A stretch of 42,728 bases of DNA from Deltaproteobacteria bacterium (GCA_030688705.1 JAUYJH010000121.1:1-42728), one strand, 5' to 3'. Shown: positions 33,738-42,728, numbered from the stretch's first letter. The notes: generated by a model from the sequence alone, not told the origin. Numbers and translations are program-made.

Positions 33738-33947
33738 AAATTAAAAGGGTATTTAATGCCCCATCTAAAATCTATCTAATTATCAGAAAAATAAGGCATT
33801 TTATTCTGTTCTAACGGGATGGAAGGGGACTATTTTTATAGATGGGTTTTTTTAAACACGTTTGTACCATCAAAATTCAAAATCTGAATCAATGTAACCA
33901 TTTGTAATTATAAATGATTTAAACAAAATTTCTCAAAATGAGCGGAT

Positions 33948-33963
33948 TGGCACGGACCTTGCT
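33948..33963 (+). promoter_or_regulatory. Sigma-54 (RpoN) promoter, -24/-12 elements
   Basis: TGGCACGGACCTTGCT matches the consensus TGGCACG-N4-TTGCW at every specified position. It lies 38 nt upstream of ATG 34001. GAGGA is positioned as an RBS. An 8-bp inverted repeat GCTTTCTT/AAGAAAGC (33961-33988) follows. Confidence 0.7.
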
Positions 33964-34000
33964 TTCTTAGTGCTTGTAGCAAGAAAGCGAGGAAATTCCG

Positions 34001-35695
34001 ATGGATGCCAATCAAATAAAAAAAGCAGTAATCCTGGTCTTAGGACTTGGGATAGGGATCGGAACAATCGGTTGTGGGTCGGCCACTCCGGGGGTTTCAG
34101 AGGGGAAGTCGGTGGTTGGAACCTCTGATGGCGGAAATAATGAAGGTTCAACCGGCGGTGTCACCGTCACCAACATTTATTCACAACCAAAAGAACTTGG
34201 GGTCGGCGATCTTTTATATGTCGATTTGAACAGCGATTCTTCCTTGAGCTTTTCTGATGTCAGCGCCACTTCTGAATTCCTCTTTGTGCTTGCCAACACC
34301 GCGTCCAGCGCGGGAAATTTTTCGGTGCAAATCAGCGGGGATTTGTCCGAACCGGAATTCGCTCTGGAAGGCTCCGTCTCCAAATCGGTCGATGCGAGTG
34401 CCGGCGTGGATTTGTCGTTAAACGACATCACAGAACAGTTTCACGATGCCTTGCGTGCCCAGGAAAGGGAACTGGAAGTTTTGGAAATTCCGGAAGAGTC
34501 TTTCGGCGTCGGCAAGTCGATGAGCCACGGCGTGAATGCCAGCATTTCAGAAGGGGACGAATCATCCTTCAAGGTGCTGGCCTCTTTAAGCTCTTCTTCC
34601 AGCTCCGTGACCGTCAGTGCGGTGGCGGAATGCGTGGGGAGCAACGTTGTTTTTTACGTGGATAAAAGAGTTTCGACCGACATGCTTTCTGAAGCCGATG
34701 TTGCCTCTCTCTGCGGCCGCTTTGACGCGACCGTGGCCAAAGAGGCGGCCTTGTTTGGAGCACCCTCCGATGTCAACAACGACGGAAAAATTGTGGTTTT
34801 GCTGACCCCGCAGGTCAATAAATTGGGGGCGTTGGGCGGCGGCATTATCACCGGGTTTTTTAACGCGGTCGATTTATATCCCAACAGCGCTTCCAACCCG
34901 GCCAGCAATCATATGGAGATACTCTATATCATGGTGCCGGATCCCTCCGGCCAATACGGTGTTTCGGTTTCCAATTCATTTGCCATGTCGAACCTTTTGC
35001 CGGCCGTTTTGCCCCACGAATTACAACACGCCATCAGTTACAACCAGCATGTCTTTGTCAACAAGGGCAACGCGGAAGAGGCTTGGCTCAATGAAGGGAT
35101 GTCGCATCTGGCGGAAGATCTGATGGGGGAAAATCAGGAGAACCCCTCCCGCTACGCGATCTTTTTGCAGAGCCCCCACTCCTATTCGTTGGTCACCTCC
35201 AAATCACCCGGTCTTGCCGCGAGAGGGGCTGCCTATCTCTTCTTAAGATATCTGTATGAACAGGCGGAGGACCCGAGCGGTTTCATGCGGAAAATGGTTC
35301 AAACCTCTTTCAAGGGGACACAGAATGTGGAAAAGGCCTTTGGCGGCCGTGCCGGAGACTTCGACCAATTCGGGGAATTTTTCCTCCGGTGGAGCATTGC
35401 GTTGGCCATGACCGACCGGGGAATCAGTCAAGACAGACGGTTTACCTATCAACCCCGCGTTCAGAATGCGGAGACCGGAAACTGGGGCGGCGTCTGCTTG
35501 ATCTGCGCCGCGCAGGACAACAGGGGAACCGTCCCCCAAGGGGTCTTGGTAAAGGCCTACAGCGGTTCGCAAAGCGCCACCAACGGGGGTACCGCGGCCC
35601 GTTTTTACACAGTCTCTAAAGTGAAAGAAAAGCTCGATTTCAACAGCACCTACAGCACCGGAGAAGGTTTCGGTGTGTTGATTCGGACTAAATAG
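34001..35695 (+). CDS. Secreted gluzincin-type zinc metalloprotease lipoprotein
   Basis: Lipobox GTIGC, Ser/Gly/Asp-rich N-region, HExxH in LPHELQHAISY, and 22 residues later a thermolysin-like NExxS motif (WLNEGMSHLAEDL). Family assignment (M30-like?) is not certain. Confidence 0.6.
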   Translation: MDANQIKKAVILVLGLGIGIGTIGCGSATPGVSEGKSVVGTSDGGNNEGSTGGVTVTNIYSQPKELGVGDLLYVDLNSDSSLSFSDVSATSEFLFVLANTASSAGNFSVQISGDLSEPEFALEGSVSKSVDASAGVDLSLNDITEQFHDALRAQERELEVLEIPEESFGVGKSMSHGVNASISEGDESSFKVLASLSSSSSSVTVSAVAECVGSNVVFYVDKRVSTDMLSEADVASLCGRFDATVAKEAALFGAPSDVNNDGKIVVLLTPQVNKLGALGGGIITGFFNAVDLYPNSASNPASNHMEILYIMVPDPSGQYGVSVSNSFAMSNLLPAVLPHELQHAISYNQHVFVNKGNAEEAWLNEGMSHLAEDLMGENQENPSRYAIFLQSPHSYSLVTSKSPGLAARGAAYLFLRYLYEQAEDPSGFMRKMVQTSFKGTQNVEKAFGGRAGDFDQFGEFFLRWSIALAMTDRGISQDRRFTYQPRVQNAETGNWGGVCLICAAQDNRGTVPQGVLVKAYSGSQSATNGGTAARFYTVSKVKEKLDFNSTYSTGEGFGVLIRTK

Positions 35696-35722
35696 ACAAT
35701 TCATCCTTCCTCGCTTCCAAGG

Positions 35723-35760
35723 CGCCAAGTCTGAAATTTCAGCTTGGCGTTTTGTTTTTT
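35723..35760 (+). terminator. Rho-independent terminator
   Basis: CGCCAAGTCTGAAATTTCAGCTTGGCG hairpin (7-bp GC-rich base plus inner pairs) followed by TTTTGTTTTTT, 28 nt after the stop at 35695. Confidence 0.75.
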
Positions 35761-35821
35761 AGAGAAAATTTGTTTGACGGATAATATTCGCATGGTAAGG
35801 CTTTTCCAAAAGGAGAGAACC

Positions 35822-37768
35822 ATGACCGACACAAAAATTACCCCGAAACAGTTTGACGAAGCGGCTTGGAACATGGGGCTGTATCTTCGCTGGAACGACA
35901 ACAACAAAAACCAGATTGTGGAAGCCGCTGAAGTCACCCCGTATGCACAAACCCAGGACTTGTTCACAAAAGAAAATGCGCAAAAATTGATTGATATTGT
36001 TTCTCAAGGTGCCAAAGGGACCCATCTGGGTGTTGTAAGAAGCCCCGAATATATCAAGGAACTCGATGCGAAAATAAAAGAGGCCAAGACAAAAGAGGAA
36101 AAACGGGCGGCCTTGAGGGACCGCGACATGGCCTATCGCGGGTGGACCCGTCACGAAATCGATTTCAGCGTATTGCCCGAGGCCGAACAAAAAGCCGCCC
36201 TGATTTTGATCGAGAAGGTTTTGCCCGCCGTGGAAGCGGTCAATTTTTTGCAACTTGACCCCAATAACATCGGTTACCTCAACCAGATTGCCTCCACCGG
36301 CAATTTTGCCGATTATCTCCACGCCTACAATAGCGGCGGGCCGTGGTGCCAAGAGATCAAAGAGGCAGTCTGTACCTCCATGGCATCGGGCGCTCCCGCC
36401 AGAGTTCCCAATGCCGGCATGTGGCCAAAACATTTTACCGAAACCGATTACGACAAGATCGCGGCCGATCTGGAAGCCTCCCAAAAACGTGATGAAACCG
36501 AGGGCAAGATATCGCGCCGCACCAAGGATCTGGCAGATTTGTTGAGCAATTTTGTGGTCAGTCCCGATGGGAAAAACTGGCAGTCGGTCAACGCCGACCC
36601 CCGTTTGAAACCTTATCTGGAAAGAATCAGCATCGGTTTGAGAGAAGCCGCCACGGTGCCGGGCATTGATGCCACCCTCCGGAAATTTTTTGTTACCCGG
36701 GCCGCAGAATTTGAAAAAGCCGATACGGCTTTTCCTTTTTTTGACGGGGATGTCGCTTGGACGGTTGTCAAAGGCGGGCTTGATGTGACGCTTGGCTTTT
36801 ATGAATCCTACAAAAGTCCCTTTGAACATAATGCCATGATGGAGGCCTATGTCGGCCCATTGGACGCCGGCAGCAATGTTTTGGGAGAACGCTTTCAGGG
36901 GCTGGTGCCTGCGATGGAATCGCTTCTGGCCAAAGAGATGCAAGGCTACACCCCGCGCGATTTTTCCAAGGGAATGCCGGCTCTCAAATTTGCCAACCTC
37001 ATTACATCAGGAGACCCCCGCATGGGCTACGTTCCGGCGGCCTATTATTTGCCCAACATCCCACCGCACGGAGACGCTTCCATTTCCAAAAAAGTATTTA
37101 GCATCAATAATCTTCAGGGACGCTTCGACGGGGTCATGAAAGGTTTGGGTGACGTGGTTGTTCACCCCTCGCAGCGCAACATCACTGCGGCCGATGTTAA
37201 TATTTTCGTCGTCGGCCACGAAAACGCCCACGGTGTGGGGGTCGACCGCTCCCTGACAAATGGGCTGAGAGAATTTTCCAGCGCTCTGGAGGAAGCCAAG
37301 GCCGACATGGAGGGAATCGCCTCCTTGCCGATGGCGGTCGCGGAGGGAATTATCACGCAAGACCAGGCTGACCGGGCGTATATCGGTCTGCTTTACTCCT
37401 TTTTAAGGGGCTTGGCCTACGGGATGAATGATGCCCATGGTATCGGTAATATCATCGAATTTGTCGAGCTCTACAAAGCCGGCGCCATTGTCGAAAAAGA
37501 GGGCTTCTACGCGGTCAACCTGCAAGACAACGCGGTGGCCAAGGCATCCAAAAGGGTGGCCCGCCGGATTGAAAAAATCCAGCAGGGGAGCGTAAAAGAT
37601 GGGGCCAAAGCCAAACAGGAAGCGGCAAAATGGTTGGAGGATTCCAAACGCGCTATTCCCCCTTTGATGAAGAACTATATCGCCAAACTGGAGATCATGC
37701 CCAAAGACCAGTTTGTTTGGTATAGTTTTCGGTTTTCCGACAAAGTGGTTGCAGAGCTCTCCAACTAG
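35822..37768 (+). CDS. Zinc metallopeptidase resembling atypical M49 (dipeptidyl-peptidase III-like) enzymes
   Basis: VVGHENAHGVGV (HExxH) and, about 20 residues later, LEEAKADMEG (EExKAD). The pairing recalls the HExx(x)H plus EE(C/A)(R/K)A(E/D) motifs of M49. No signal peptide. ATG 35822 follows AAAGGAGAG. Confidence 0.45.
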   Translation: MTDTKITPKQFDEAAWNMGLYLRWNDNNKNQIVEAAEVTPYAQTQDLFTKENAQKLIDIVSQGAKGTHLGVVRSPEYIKELDAKIKEAKTKEEKRAALRDRDMAYRGWTRHEIDFSVLPEAEQKAALILIEKVLPAVEAVNFLQLDPNNIGYLNQIASTGNFADYLHAYNSGGPWCQEIKEAVCTSMASGAPARVPNAGMWPKHFTETDYDKIAADLEASQKRDETEGKISRRTKDLADLLSNFVVSPDGKNWQSVNADPRLKPYLERISIGLREAATVPGIDATLRKFFVTRAAEFEKADTAFPFFDGDVAWTVVKGGLDVTLGFYESYKSPFEHNAMMEAYVGPLDAGSNVLGERFQGLVPAMESLLAKEMQGYTPRDFSKGMPALKFANLITSGDPRMGYVPAAYYLPNIPPHGDASISKKVFSINNLQGRFDGVMKGLGDVVVHPSQRNITAADVNIFVVGHENAHGVGVDRSLTNGLREFSSALEEAKADMEGIASLPMAVAEGIITQDQADRAYIGLLYSFLRGLAYGMNDAHGIGNIIEFVELYKAGAIVEKEGFYAVNLQDNAVAKASKRVARRIEKIQQGSVKDGAKAKQEAAKWLEDSKRAIPPLMKNYIAKLEIMPKDQFVWYSFRFSDKVVAELSN

Positions 37769-37783
37769 CCCTATGGGGAAGTG

Positions 37784-38839
37784 ATGAAATTACGCATTCC
37801 CCCTTCCAAAAGCATCACGCACCGGGCGCTGTTTTGCGCGGCCATGGCGCAAGGCGAGAGTGTTCTTGTCAATCCGCTCGTTTGTGATGATACGCTGGCG
37901 AGTGTTGGTGTTTTAAGGGCGTTGGGGATTGAAATTCAACTAGGCGAACCATGGCGTGTTCACGGCGGCACCTTCAAAAAACCATTCAGACCTTTAGATT
38001 GCAACGAATCGGGAACGACTTACCGTTTTGTTACGGCATTGACCGATGTTTTGCAGATTCCCTGCGAGATTACCGGAAAACCTTCGCTGTTGCGCAGACC
38101 TCAAAGACCCGATCCTCAAATCAGCTCCCAATATTTGTCGGGGCTTCTTTTGGCAAAGGATTTGTCCATCGCCACCCCGCTTGTTTCCAAATCGTATGTC
38201 GATTTGACATTGAGTGTTCAAAAAGTTTTCGGCGTTACAACCCCAACCGATTCCTACAAACCGGCATCGATCACCATTGAAGCCGACTGGTCTTCTGCCG
38301 CCTTTTTGCTGGCGCTGGGGGTTTTGTGTGATGGAGTGGAACTGGAGGGGTTGAACCCTGATAGTTTGCAAGGGGACAAGGCGATTGTGACGATACTCAA
38401 AGAAATGGGGGGGGACATTTTTTGGCGAGGAGAAAAGCTGGTTGCCAGAAAATCGAAACTGAAGGGATTGCGCTGGGATTTTGATGCAACACCCGATTTA
38501 TATCCGATAGCGGCTGTGTTGTGCCGCTTGGCAGAGGGAAAGAGCGAGTTGACCGGATTAGAACGCCTGCGTTTGAAAGAATCGGACCGACTAGCCGCGA
38601 CGCATAAAATTGTCACCTGGTGCCACCTGCCTGCCGGCAGGCAGGGGCCACCGGGTGACAAAAAGGCTCTTGTTGTTGACTCGAAAGACCATCGCATTAT
38701 CATGGCTGCGGCCGTTTGGGCCAAGGCTAAGGGGCAAACGGTGAAGTTTAAATATCCCGAGGCGGTATCTAAATCGTGGCCGGGATTTTGGGAAACACTT
38801 GATGTCATTCTGAGCTCGGATGGCGAAGAATCCCGGTGA
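37784..38839 (+). CDS. aroA: 3-phosphoshikimate 1-carboxyvinyltransferase (EPSP synthase), unusually short
   Basis: PPSKSITHRAL, ESGTTYRF, LLRRP, ISSQYLSGLLL, TPDLYP, LKESDRL, KDHRIIMA and SKSWPGFW correspond to the conserved AroA motifs. However, it has 351 codons against ~430 typical. There are gaps after RRP and near the C-terminus, and a palindromic repeat sits in frame. Confidence 0.7.
   Translation: MKLRIPPSKSITHRALFCAAMAQGESVLVNPLVCDDTLASVGVLRALGIEIQLGEPWRVHGGTFKKPFRPLDCNESGTTYRFVTALTDVLQIPCEITGKPSLLRRPQRPDPQISSQYLSGLLLAKDLSIATPLVSKSYVDLTLSVQKVFGVTTPTDSYKPASITIEADWSSAAFLLALGVLCDGVELEGLNPDSLQGDKAIVTILKEMGGDIFWRGEKLVARKSKLKGLRWDFDATPDLYPIAAVLCRLAEGKSELTGLERLRLKESDRLAATHKIVTWCHLPAGRQGPPGDKKALVVDSKDHRIIMAAAVWAKAKGQTVKFKYPEAVSKSWPGFWETLDVILSSDGEESR
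38612..38659. repeat. Family G palindrome, in frame inside aroA
   Basis: GTCACCTGGTGCCACCTGCCTGCCGGCAGGCAGGGGCCACCGGGTGAC is a 48-nt near-perfect palindrome, translated as VTWCHLPAGRQGPPGD. Its core is shared with 5788-5808. Confidence 0.75.
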
Positions 38840-38876
38840 TAACGGGATCCTTCACCCCTGCGGGGTTCAGGATGAC
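38804..38876. repeat. Family B palindromic element
   Basis: GTCATTCTGAGCTCGGATGGCGAAGAATCCCGGTGATAACGGGATCCTTCACCCCTGCGGGGTTCAGGATGAC. It encodes the last 11 codons and the stop of aroA, and ends 9 nt before the aroC ATG. Confidence 0.8.
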
Positions 38877-38885
38877 AACGCAATA

Positions 38886-39896
38886 ATGAGCAATATTCTT
38901 GGAAAACAATTTTGCGTTGTCAGCTTTGGTGAAAGCCATGGGCCGGTGATTGGCGTTGTGATCGATGGCTGTCCGGCCGGTTTGAAAATCGATACCGATC
39001 AAATAGCGAATGATTTAGCGCGGCGCCGCCCCGGACAAGCCCTAACCACGCCGCGCAATGAGCCAGACAATTTTGAAATTCTCTCCGGCCTTTTTAACGG
39101 GCACACAACCGGCGCCCCAATTTGCTTTACCATCCGCAATCACGATATCGACTCTTCCAAATATGAAGATCGCCGTTTCACCCCGCGCCCCGGCCATGCC
39201 GATTATACCGCCTTCATAAAATATGGCGGGTTTGAGGACTACCGCGGAGGGGGGCGTTTTTCAGCCCGCGTCACCGCCGGTCTCACAATTGCGGGAAGCC
39301 TTGCCAAACAGCTCCTAGAAAAAATCGGCGCCACGGTTTCCGCAAAAATTTTGGAAATCGGCGGGACCGACAAAAATTGGGATGAAAAAATCGCGCAGGC
39401 GGCGGAATTGGGGGATAGCGTTGGCGGTATCATCGAGGGTGAGGCGCTCCATCTTCCGGTCGGTTTGGGCGAGCCTCTTTTTGATAAACTGGACAGTGAG
39501 CTGGCCAAAATCCTCTTTTCACTTCCCGCCGTCAAGGGGGTCGAATTTGGAAGCGGTTTTGCTGCGGCCAAAAAATTGGGGAGTGAAAATAATGATCCTT
39601 TTGAAATCCAAAACGGAAAAATCGTTACAAAAACAAATCATGCCGGCGGCATCTTGGGGGGCCTTTCCAACGGCATGCCGTTAATTGTCCGCGTGGCTTT
39701 CAAACCGATCGCCTCGATCGCAAAAGAACAAGAGACGATCGATCTTAAGACGGGCAGGCCGGCATTTTTAAAAACCGAAGGCCGTTTTGATCCTTGCCCC
39801 ATTCCGAGGGCCGTGCCATTAGTGGAAGCCGTTATGGCAATCGTCCTTGCCGATTTTGCATTGCGGCAACGCTATTTGCCGAGGGTTTTAAGGTAA
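38886..39896 (+). CDS. aroC: Chorismate synthase
   Basis: FCVVSFGESHGPVIGVVIDGCPAG, LARRRPGQ, YRGGGRFSARVTAG, GDSVGG, HAGGILGG. The ORF is open from 38820 through the repeat. ATG 38886 gives the canonical N-terminus. Confidence 0.9.
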   Translation: MSNILGKQFCVVSFGESHGPVIGVVIDGCPAGLKIDTDQIANDLARRRPGQALTTPRNEPDNFEILSGLFNGHTTGAPICFTIRNHDIDSSKYEDRRFTPRPGHADYTAFIKYGGFEDYRGGGRFSARVTAGLTIAGSLAKQLLEKIGATVSAKILEIGGTDKNWDEKIAQAAELGDSVGGIIEGEALHLPVGLGEPLFDKLDSELAKILFSLPAVKGVEFGSGFAAAKKLGSENNDPFEIQNGKIVTKTNHAGGILGGLSNGMPLIVRVAFKPIASIAKEQETIDLKTGRPAFLKTEGRFDPCPIPRAVPLVEAVMAIVLADFALRQRYLPRVLR

Positions 39897-39897
39897 T

Positions 39898-39951
39898 GTC
39901 ACCCTGAACGGAGTGAAGGGTCCCGGGATCCTTCGTTTCACTCAGGATGAC
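39898..39951. repeat. Family B palindromic element
   Basis: GTCACCCTGAACGGAGTGAAGGGTCCCGGGATCCTTCGTTTCACTCAGGATGAC fills the aroC to permease intergenic region. Confidence 0.8.
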
Positions 39952-39959
39952 AAACAAAA

Positions 39960-41405
39960 ATGAAACTCTTTAGACGCAAAACAATTGATTCCTGCCTTGC
40001 CGATATCGCCAATCCGCTGACACAACTCAAAAAAGTTTTAGGCCCCTGGCAGTTGATCGCATTGGGTATCGGTGCCGTCATCGGCGCCGGTATTTTTGCC
40101 TCGATCGGCACCGCGGCCGCGGGGGACGCGCTCCGGCCCGGGGCTGGGCCGGCCATCACTATTTCGTTTATCCTCACCGCCATCGCCTGCGGTTTTGCGG
40201 CCCTCTGCTACGCCGAGTTCGCGGCGATGGTCCCCATCTCCGGCTCGGCCTACACCTATTCCTATGCCACCATGGGGGAGCTGGTCGCATGGATCATCGG
40301 CTGGGATCTCATTATTGAATACGCGGTCGGCAACATTGCCGTCGCCATTTCCTGGTCCGGTTATTTCACCCAGCTTTTGCACGGTTTGGGCATTTCTCTT
40401 CCGCTCTGGCTCGCCACCGATTTGCGCACAGCGCTCGCCTCGCCCGAAATTCTGGCCGCCGCCCCGCATATCGGCTCTATCCCCATCGTCTGCAATCTCC
40501 CCGCGGCCCTTATTGTTTTGGCCATCACCTGGATTTTGGTCATCGGCATTCGGGAAAGCTCCCTGTTCAATACGATCATGGTTGTGATCAAGCTCTTGAC
40601 GCTGGGGCTTTTTGTGGCGGTCGGATTTTTTTATGTGCAACCTGAAAACTGGCAACCCTTTATGCCCAACGGCTGGGCCGGCGTGCAGGCGGGGGCCGCG
40701 GTTATCTTTTTCGCCTATATCGGTTTCGACGCCGTCTCCACGGTGGCCGAAGAGTGCCGCAACCCCGCTAAAGACATGCCGATCGGCATCATCGGATCGC
40801 TGTTGGCTTGCACCTTTATCTATATTGTCGTCGCCGTGGTCCTCACGGGGATCGTCCCCTCAAACGAGCTTAATGTCTCTGAACCGCTGGCCTTGGCCTT
40901 AACCCGTCTGGGGCTTGTCAAGTCGGCCGGGTTTGTCTCTCTGGGGGCGGTCATTGCCTTAACGGCCGTTTTGCTCGTTTTTCAGATGGGACAGCCGAGA
41001 ATTTTTTTCTCGATGGCGCGAGATGGTTTGCTCCCCCCATGGGGCGCCAAGGTCCATCCGAAATACAGAACACCGCATGTCACCACCATTATTACCGGTG
41101 TTGTCGTCGCCTTTTTTGCCGCTTTCGCAAGCATCGACGAGATGGTCGATTTAACGAATATCGGCACGCTGTTCGCGTTCATTTTGGTTTGCATGGGGAT
41201 TCTTTTTTTGCGCGTCACAGACCCCAACCGCCCAAGGCCTTTCAAAGCCCCGTTTTTTCCGATCGTCCCGCTGGCCGGCATCGCCTCTTGCCTCTATCTG
41301 ATGCTGGGCCTGCCCACCATCACCTGGATACGCTTCGGCATCTGGCTGTTGGTGGGGATGGTGTTGTATTTTGCTTATGGAATACGACATTCAAGGCTTA
41401 GATAA
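39960..41405 (+). CDS. Amino acid permease (APC superfamily)
   Basis: About 12 TM helices. N-terminal LGPWQLIALGIGAVIGAGIFASIG and FAYIGFDAVSTVAEECRNPAKDMP are typical of APC/cationic amino-acid transporter-type permeases. Confidence 0.85.
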   Translation: MKLFRRKTIDSCLADIANPLTQLKKVLGPWQLIALGIGAVIGAGIFASIGTAAAGDALRPGAGPAITISFILTAIACGFAALCYAEFAAMVPISGSAYTYSYATMGELVAWIIGWDLIIEYAVGNIAVAISWSGYFTQLLHGLGISLPLWLATDLRTALASPEILAAAPHIGSIPIVCNLPAALIVLAITWILVIGIRESSLFNTIMVVIKLLTLGLFVAVGFFYVQPENWQPFMPNGWAGVQAGAAVIFFAYIGFDAVSTVAEECRNPAKDMPIGIIGSLLACTFIYIVVAVVLTGIVPSNELNVSEPLALALTRLGLVKSAGFVSLGAVIALTAVLLVFQMGQPRIFFSMARDGLLPPWGAKVHPKYRTPHVTTIITGVVVAFFAAFASIDEMVDLTNIGTLFAFILVCMGILFLRVTDPNRPRPFKAPFFPIVPLAGIASCLYLMLGLPTITWIRFGIWLLVGMVLYFAYGIRHSRLR

Positions 41406-41418
41406 TGAATAGGCACCT

Positions 41419-42728
41419 CTAAAATGATGCGAGCTTTCCCGCGAAATAAAGTGGAACGTTGGCAAGTTGGCGGGTTCCGGAAGATTCCTTTGCAGACAAT
41501 TTGATGGCTTCCTTCGGTGCATATTTGATAATAAATTGTTGCAGGCTTTTGGCCTGGGTCCTGTGTCCAGCCTTCACCTCCACAGGAACAATGTGGCCGT
41601 CCTTGTATATTAAAAATTCGATTTCGGAATTTCGTTCGGTCCATGAGTATAAATCATCCACGCCCGAGGCCAACAATTCCTGTGCGACGAAATTTTCGGC
41701 AAGATATCCCTTTGTTATGCCGTAATCCTGTTCCAAAATGGATTGAATCGGAATATTCAGCATGGAACCAAGAATCCCAATGTCAAAAACAAACAATTTA
41801 AACAGATTGTTTTTACAAAAAGCCCTCAATGGAATTTCGGCCCTGTTGCAAATGGATATTTTGATGACAAGGCCGGCATGTTCAAGCCAGTCGATGGGGC
41901 CTTGCAAATGGGAGAAGCTTTTCTTTCCAGGGATGACATGGTTAAAACGATATCGCCTGGTGGAAGCATCCACTGCGGCGGATAATTGTATCGGAATATT
42001 TTCAAACACCGAAACAATATGAACCGAATTATTTTTGCCGGAATGCTTTGCAAAGTCTTTGTTGAAACTATCGATCAAAATCTTTTGCATTCTTCGGACT
42101 TCACCAAATGCAGCAGGCTTGTTTTCTTTGTTCGCGAGATAGATCAGCACCGCCTGCGGCATGCCTCCGGTTACGTAGTAGTTCAAAAGCTCCTGCCACA
42201 ATTGTTGATGAGCCATCCCAGCGGCCGGACGATCGATGGAAGCATTGTCGTAGGCTTTCACCAGCATTCTGTCTTCACCCGTTTCCAAAAACTCCCGGAA
42301 CCGCATCGGATAGAGATGTAGAAAATCTATTTTTCCGACGGGAAAGGATTCTTCAGACAGCTTTATTCCAAGAAGGGATCCGGCTGAAACAAGGGCCAAT
42401 TCCGGCATTTTTTCGCAGAAATATTTTAACGAGGTCAATGCCTTGGGACATTCCTGAATCTCATCAAAAAAAACGAGGTCCTCCCTGATACTGATCGGGG
42501 TTCTTCGGACATAAGATAGTTCCTCAATGATCCTCTTGGGGTCTAAATTTTTTTCAAATAGAGAATGTATTTCCCTATTTTCTTCAAAGTTGAAGATGTG
42601 ACATTTTTTAAAATGGTTCTTTCCAAATTCAGTGACAATAAAGGTCTTGCCGACTTGCCTGGCCCCTTGGAGGATCAGCGGTTTTCTTTGCCTGTTTTTT
42701 AGCCAACACTCTAATTTTAAAGTAATAT
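41419..42728 (-). CDS. AAA+ ATPase with DUF4143-type C-terminal domain (5' end beyond the window)
   Basis: I translated the minus strand by hand from the window edge. It is open and continuous with the listed ORF: ...KPLILQGARQVGKTFIVTEFG (Walker A) ... LVFFDEIQECP (Walker B) ... SLKYFCEKMPELALVSAGS..., then the DUF4143-like tail. Confidence 0.8.
   Translation of the reverse strand, partial: ITLKLECWLKNRQRKPLILQGARQVGKTFIVTEFGKNHFKKCHIFNFEENREIHSLFEKNLDPKRIIEELSYVRRTPISIREDLVFFDEIQECPKALTSLKYFCEKMPELALVSAGSLLGIKLSEESFPVGKIDFLHLYPMRFREFLETGEDRMLVKAYDNASIDRPAAGMAHQQLWQELLNYYVTGGMPQAVLIYLANKENKPAAFGEVRRMQKILIDSFNKDFAKHSGKNNSVHIVSVFENIPIQLSAAVDASTRRYRFNHVIPGKKSFSHLQGPIDWLEHAGLVIKISICNRAEIPLRAFCKNNLFKLFVFDIGILGSMLNIPIQSILEQDYGITKGYLAENFVAQELLASGVDDLYSWTERNSEIEFLIYKDGHIVPVEVKAGHRTQAKSLQQFIIKYAPKEAIKLSAKESSGTRQLANVPLYFAGKLASF

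Noticed and set aside
35774-35801. Possible sigma-70 promoter (TTGACG ... TAAGGC) upstream of the M49-like gene
   Set aside because: The -35 hexamer is good, but the only hexamer at suitable spacing is a poor -10 (TAAGGC). This is not strong enough to annotate.
35759-36943. 394-aa ORF on the minus strand
   Set aside because: It is antisense to the M49-like peptidase gene. It has no motifs, an Arg/Gly/Phe-rich shadow composition, and no RBS or start context.

Overview
This is a 42.7-kb bacterial chromosomal window. Taxonomy cannot be fixed without a database search, but the repeat content is typical of uncultivated lineages.

(1) nt 1-9128 holds a Tad/Flp-type pilus assembly operon. It encodes a TadE-like protein, CpaB, the CpaC secretin, a TadZ-TadA fusion ATPase, TadB, TadC and three uncharacterised envelope proteins. 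A 23S-rRNA-IVS-type four-helix-bundle gene interrupts it.

(2) nt 9150-15840 is a 6.7-kb accessory island:
- a RelE/ParE-type toxin with an HTH antitoxin
- a small basic protein translationally coupled to a minimal nucleotidyltransferase
- an orphan two-gene operon on the minus strand: a 270-aa aromatic/Gly/Pro-rich plus charged-helix protein, and a ~1040-aa membrane-tethered protein whose core is a degenerate Clp/Hsp100 NBD1-like AAA+ module
- a wHTH-MNT/HEPN pair

The two-gene operon is my best candidate for an undescribed system.

(3) The rest is mostly housekeeping:
- M20 dipeptidase, tRNA-Leu(UAG), tig-clpP-clpX-lon
- a second small-ORF/NTase module, an S4-less TlyA and a TPR lipoprotein
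- an Opp/Dpp-type ABC importer with a fused double ATPase, and a TIGR01212 radical-SAM protein
- a sigma-54-driven gluzincin lipoprotein plus an M49-like peptidase
- an unusually short aroA, aroC, an APC permease and a partial DUF4143 AAA+ gene

Overlaid on everything are 23 occurrences of seven short palindromic repeat families, about 1.5 kb by hand count. Many sit in frame inside coding regions, donate stop or start codons at gene junctions, or encode parts of signal peptides. No CRISPR array, rRNA, transposase or integrase was seen.
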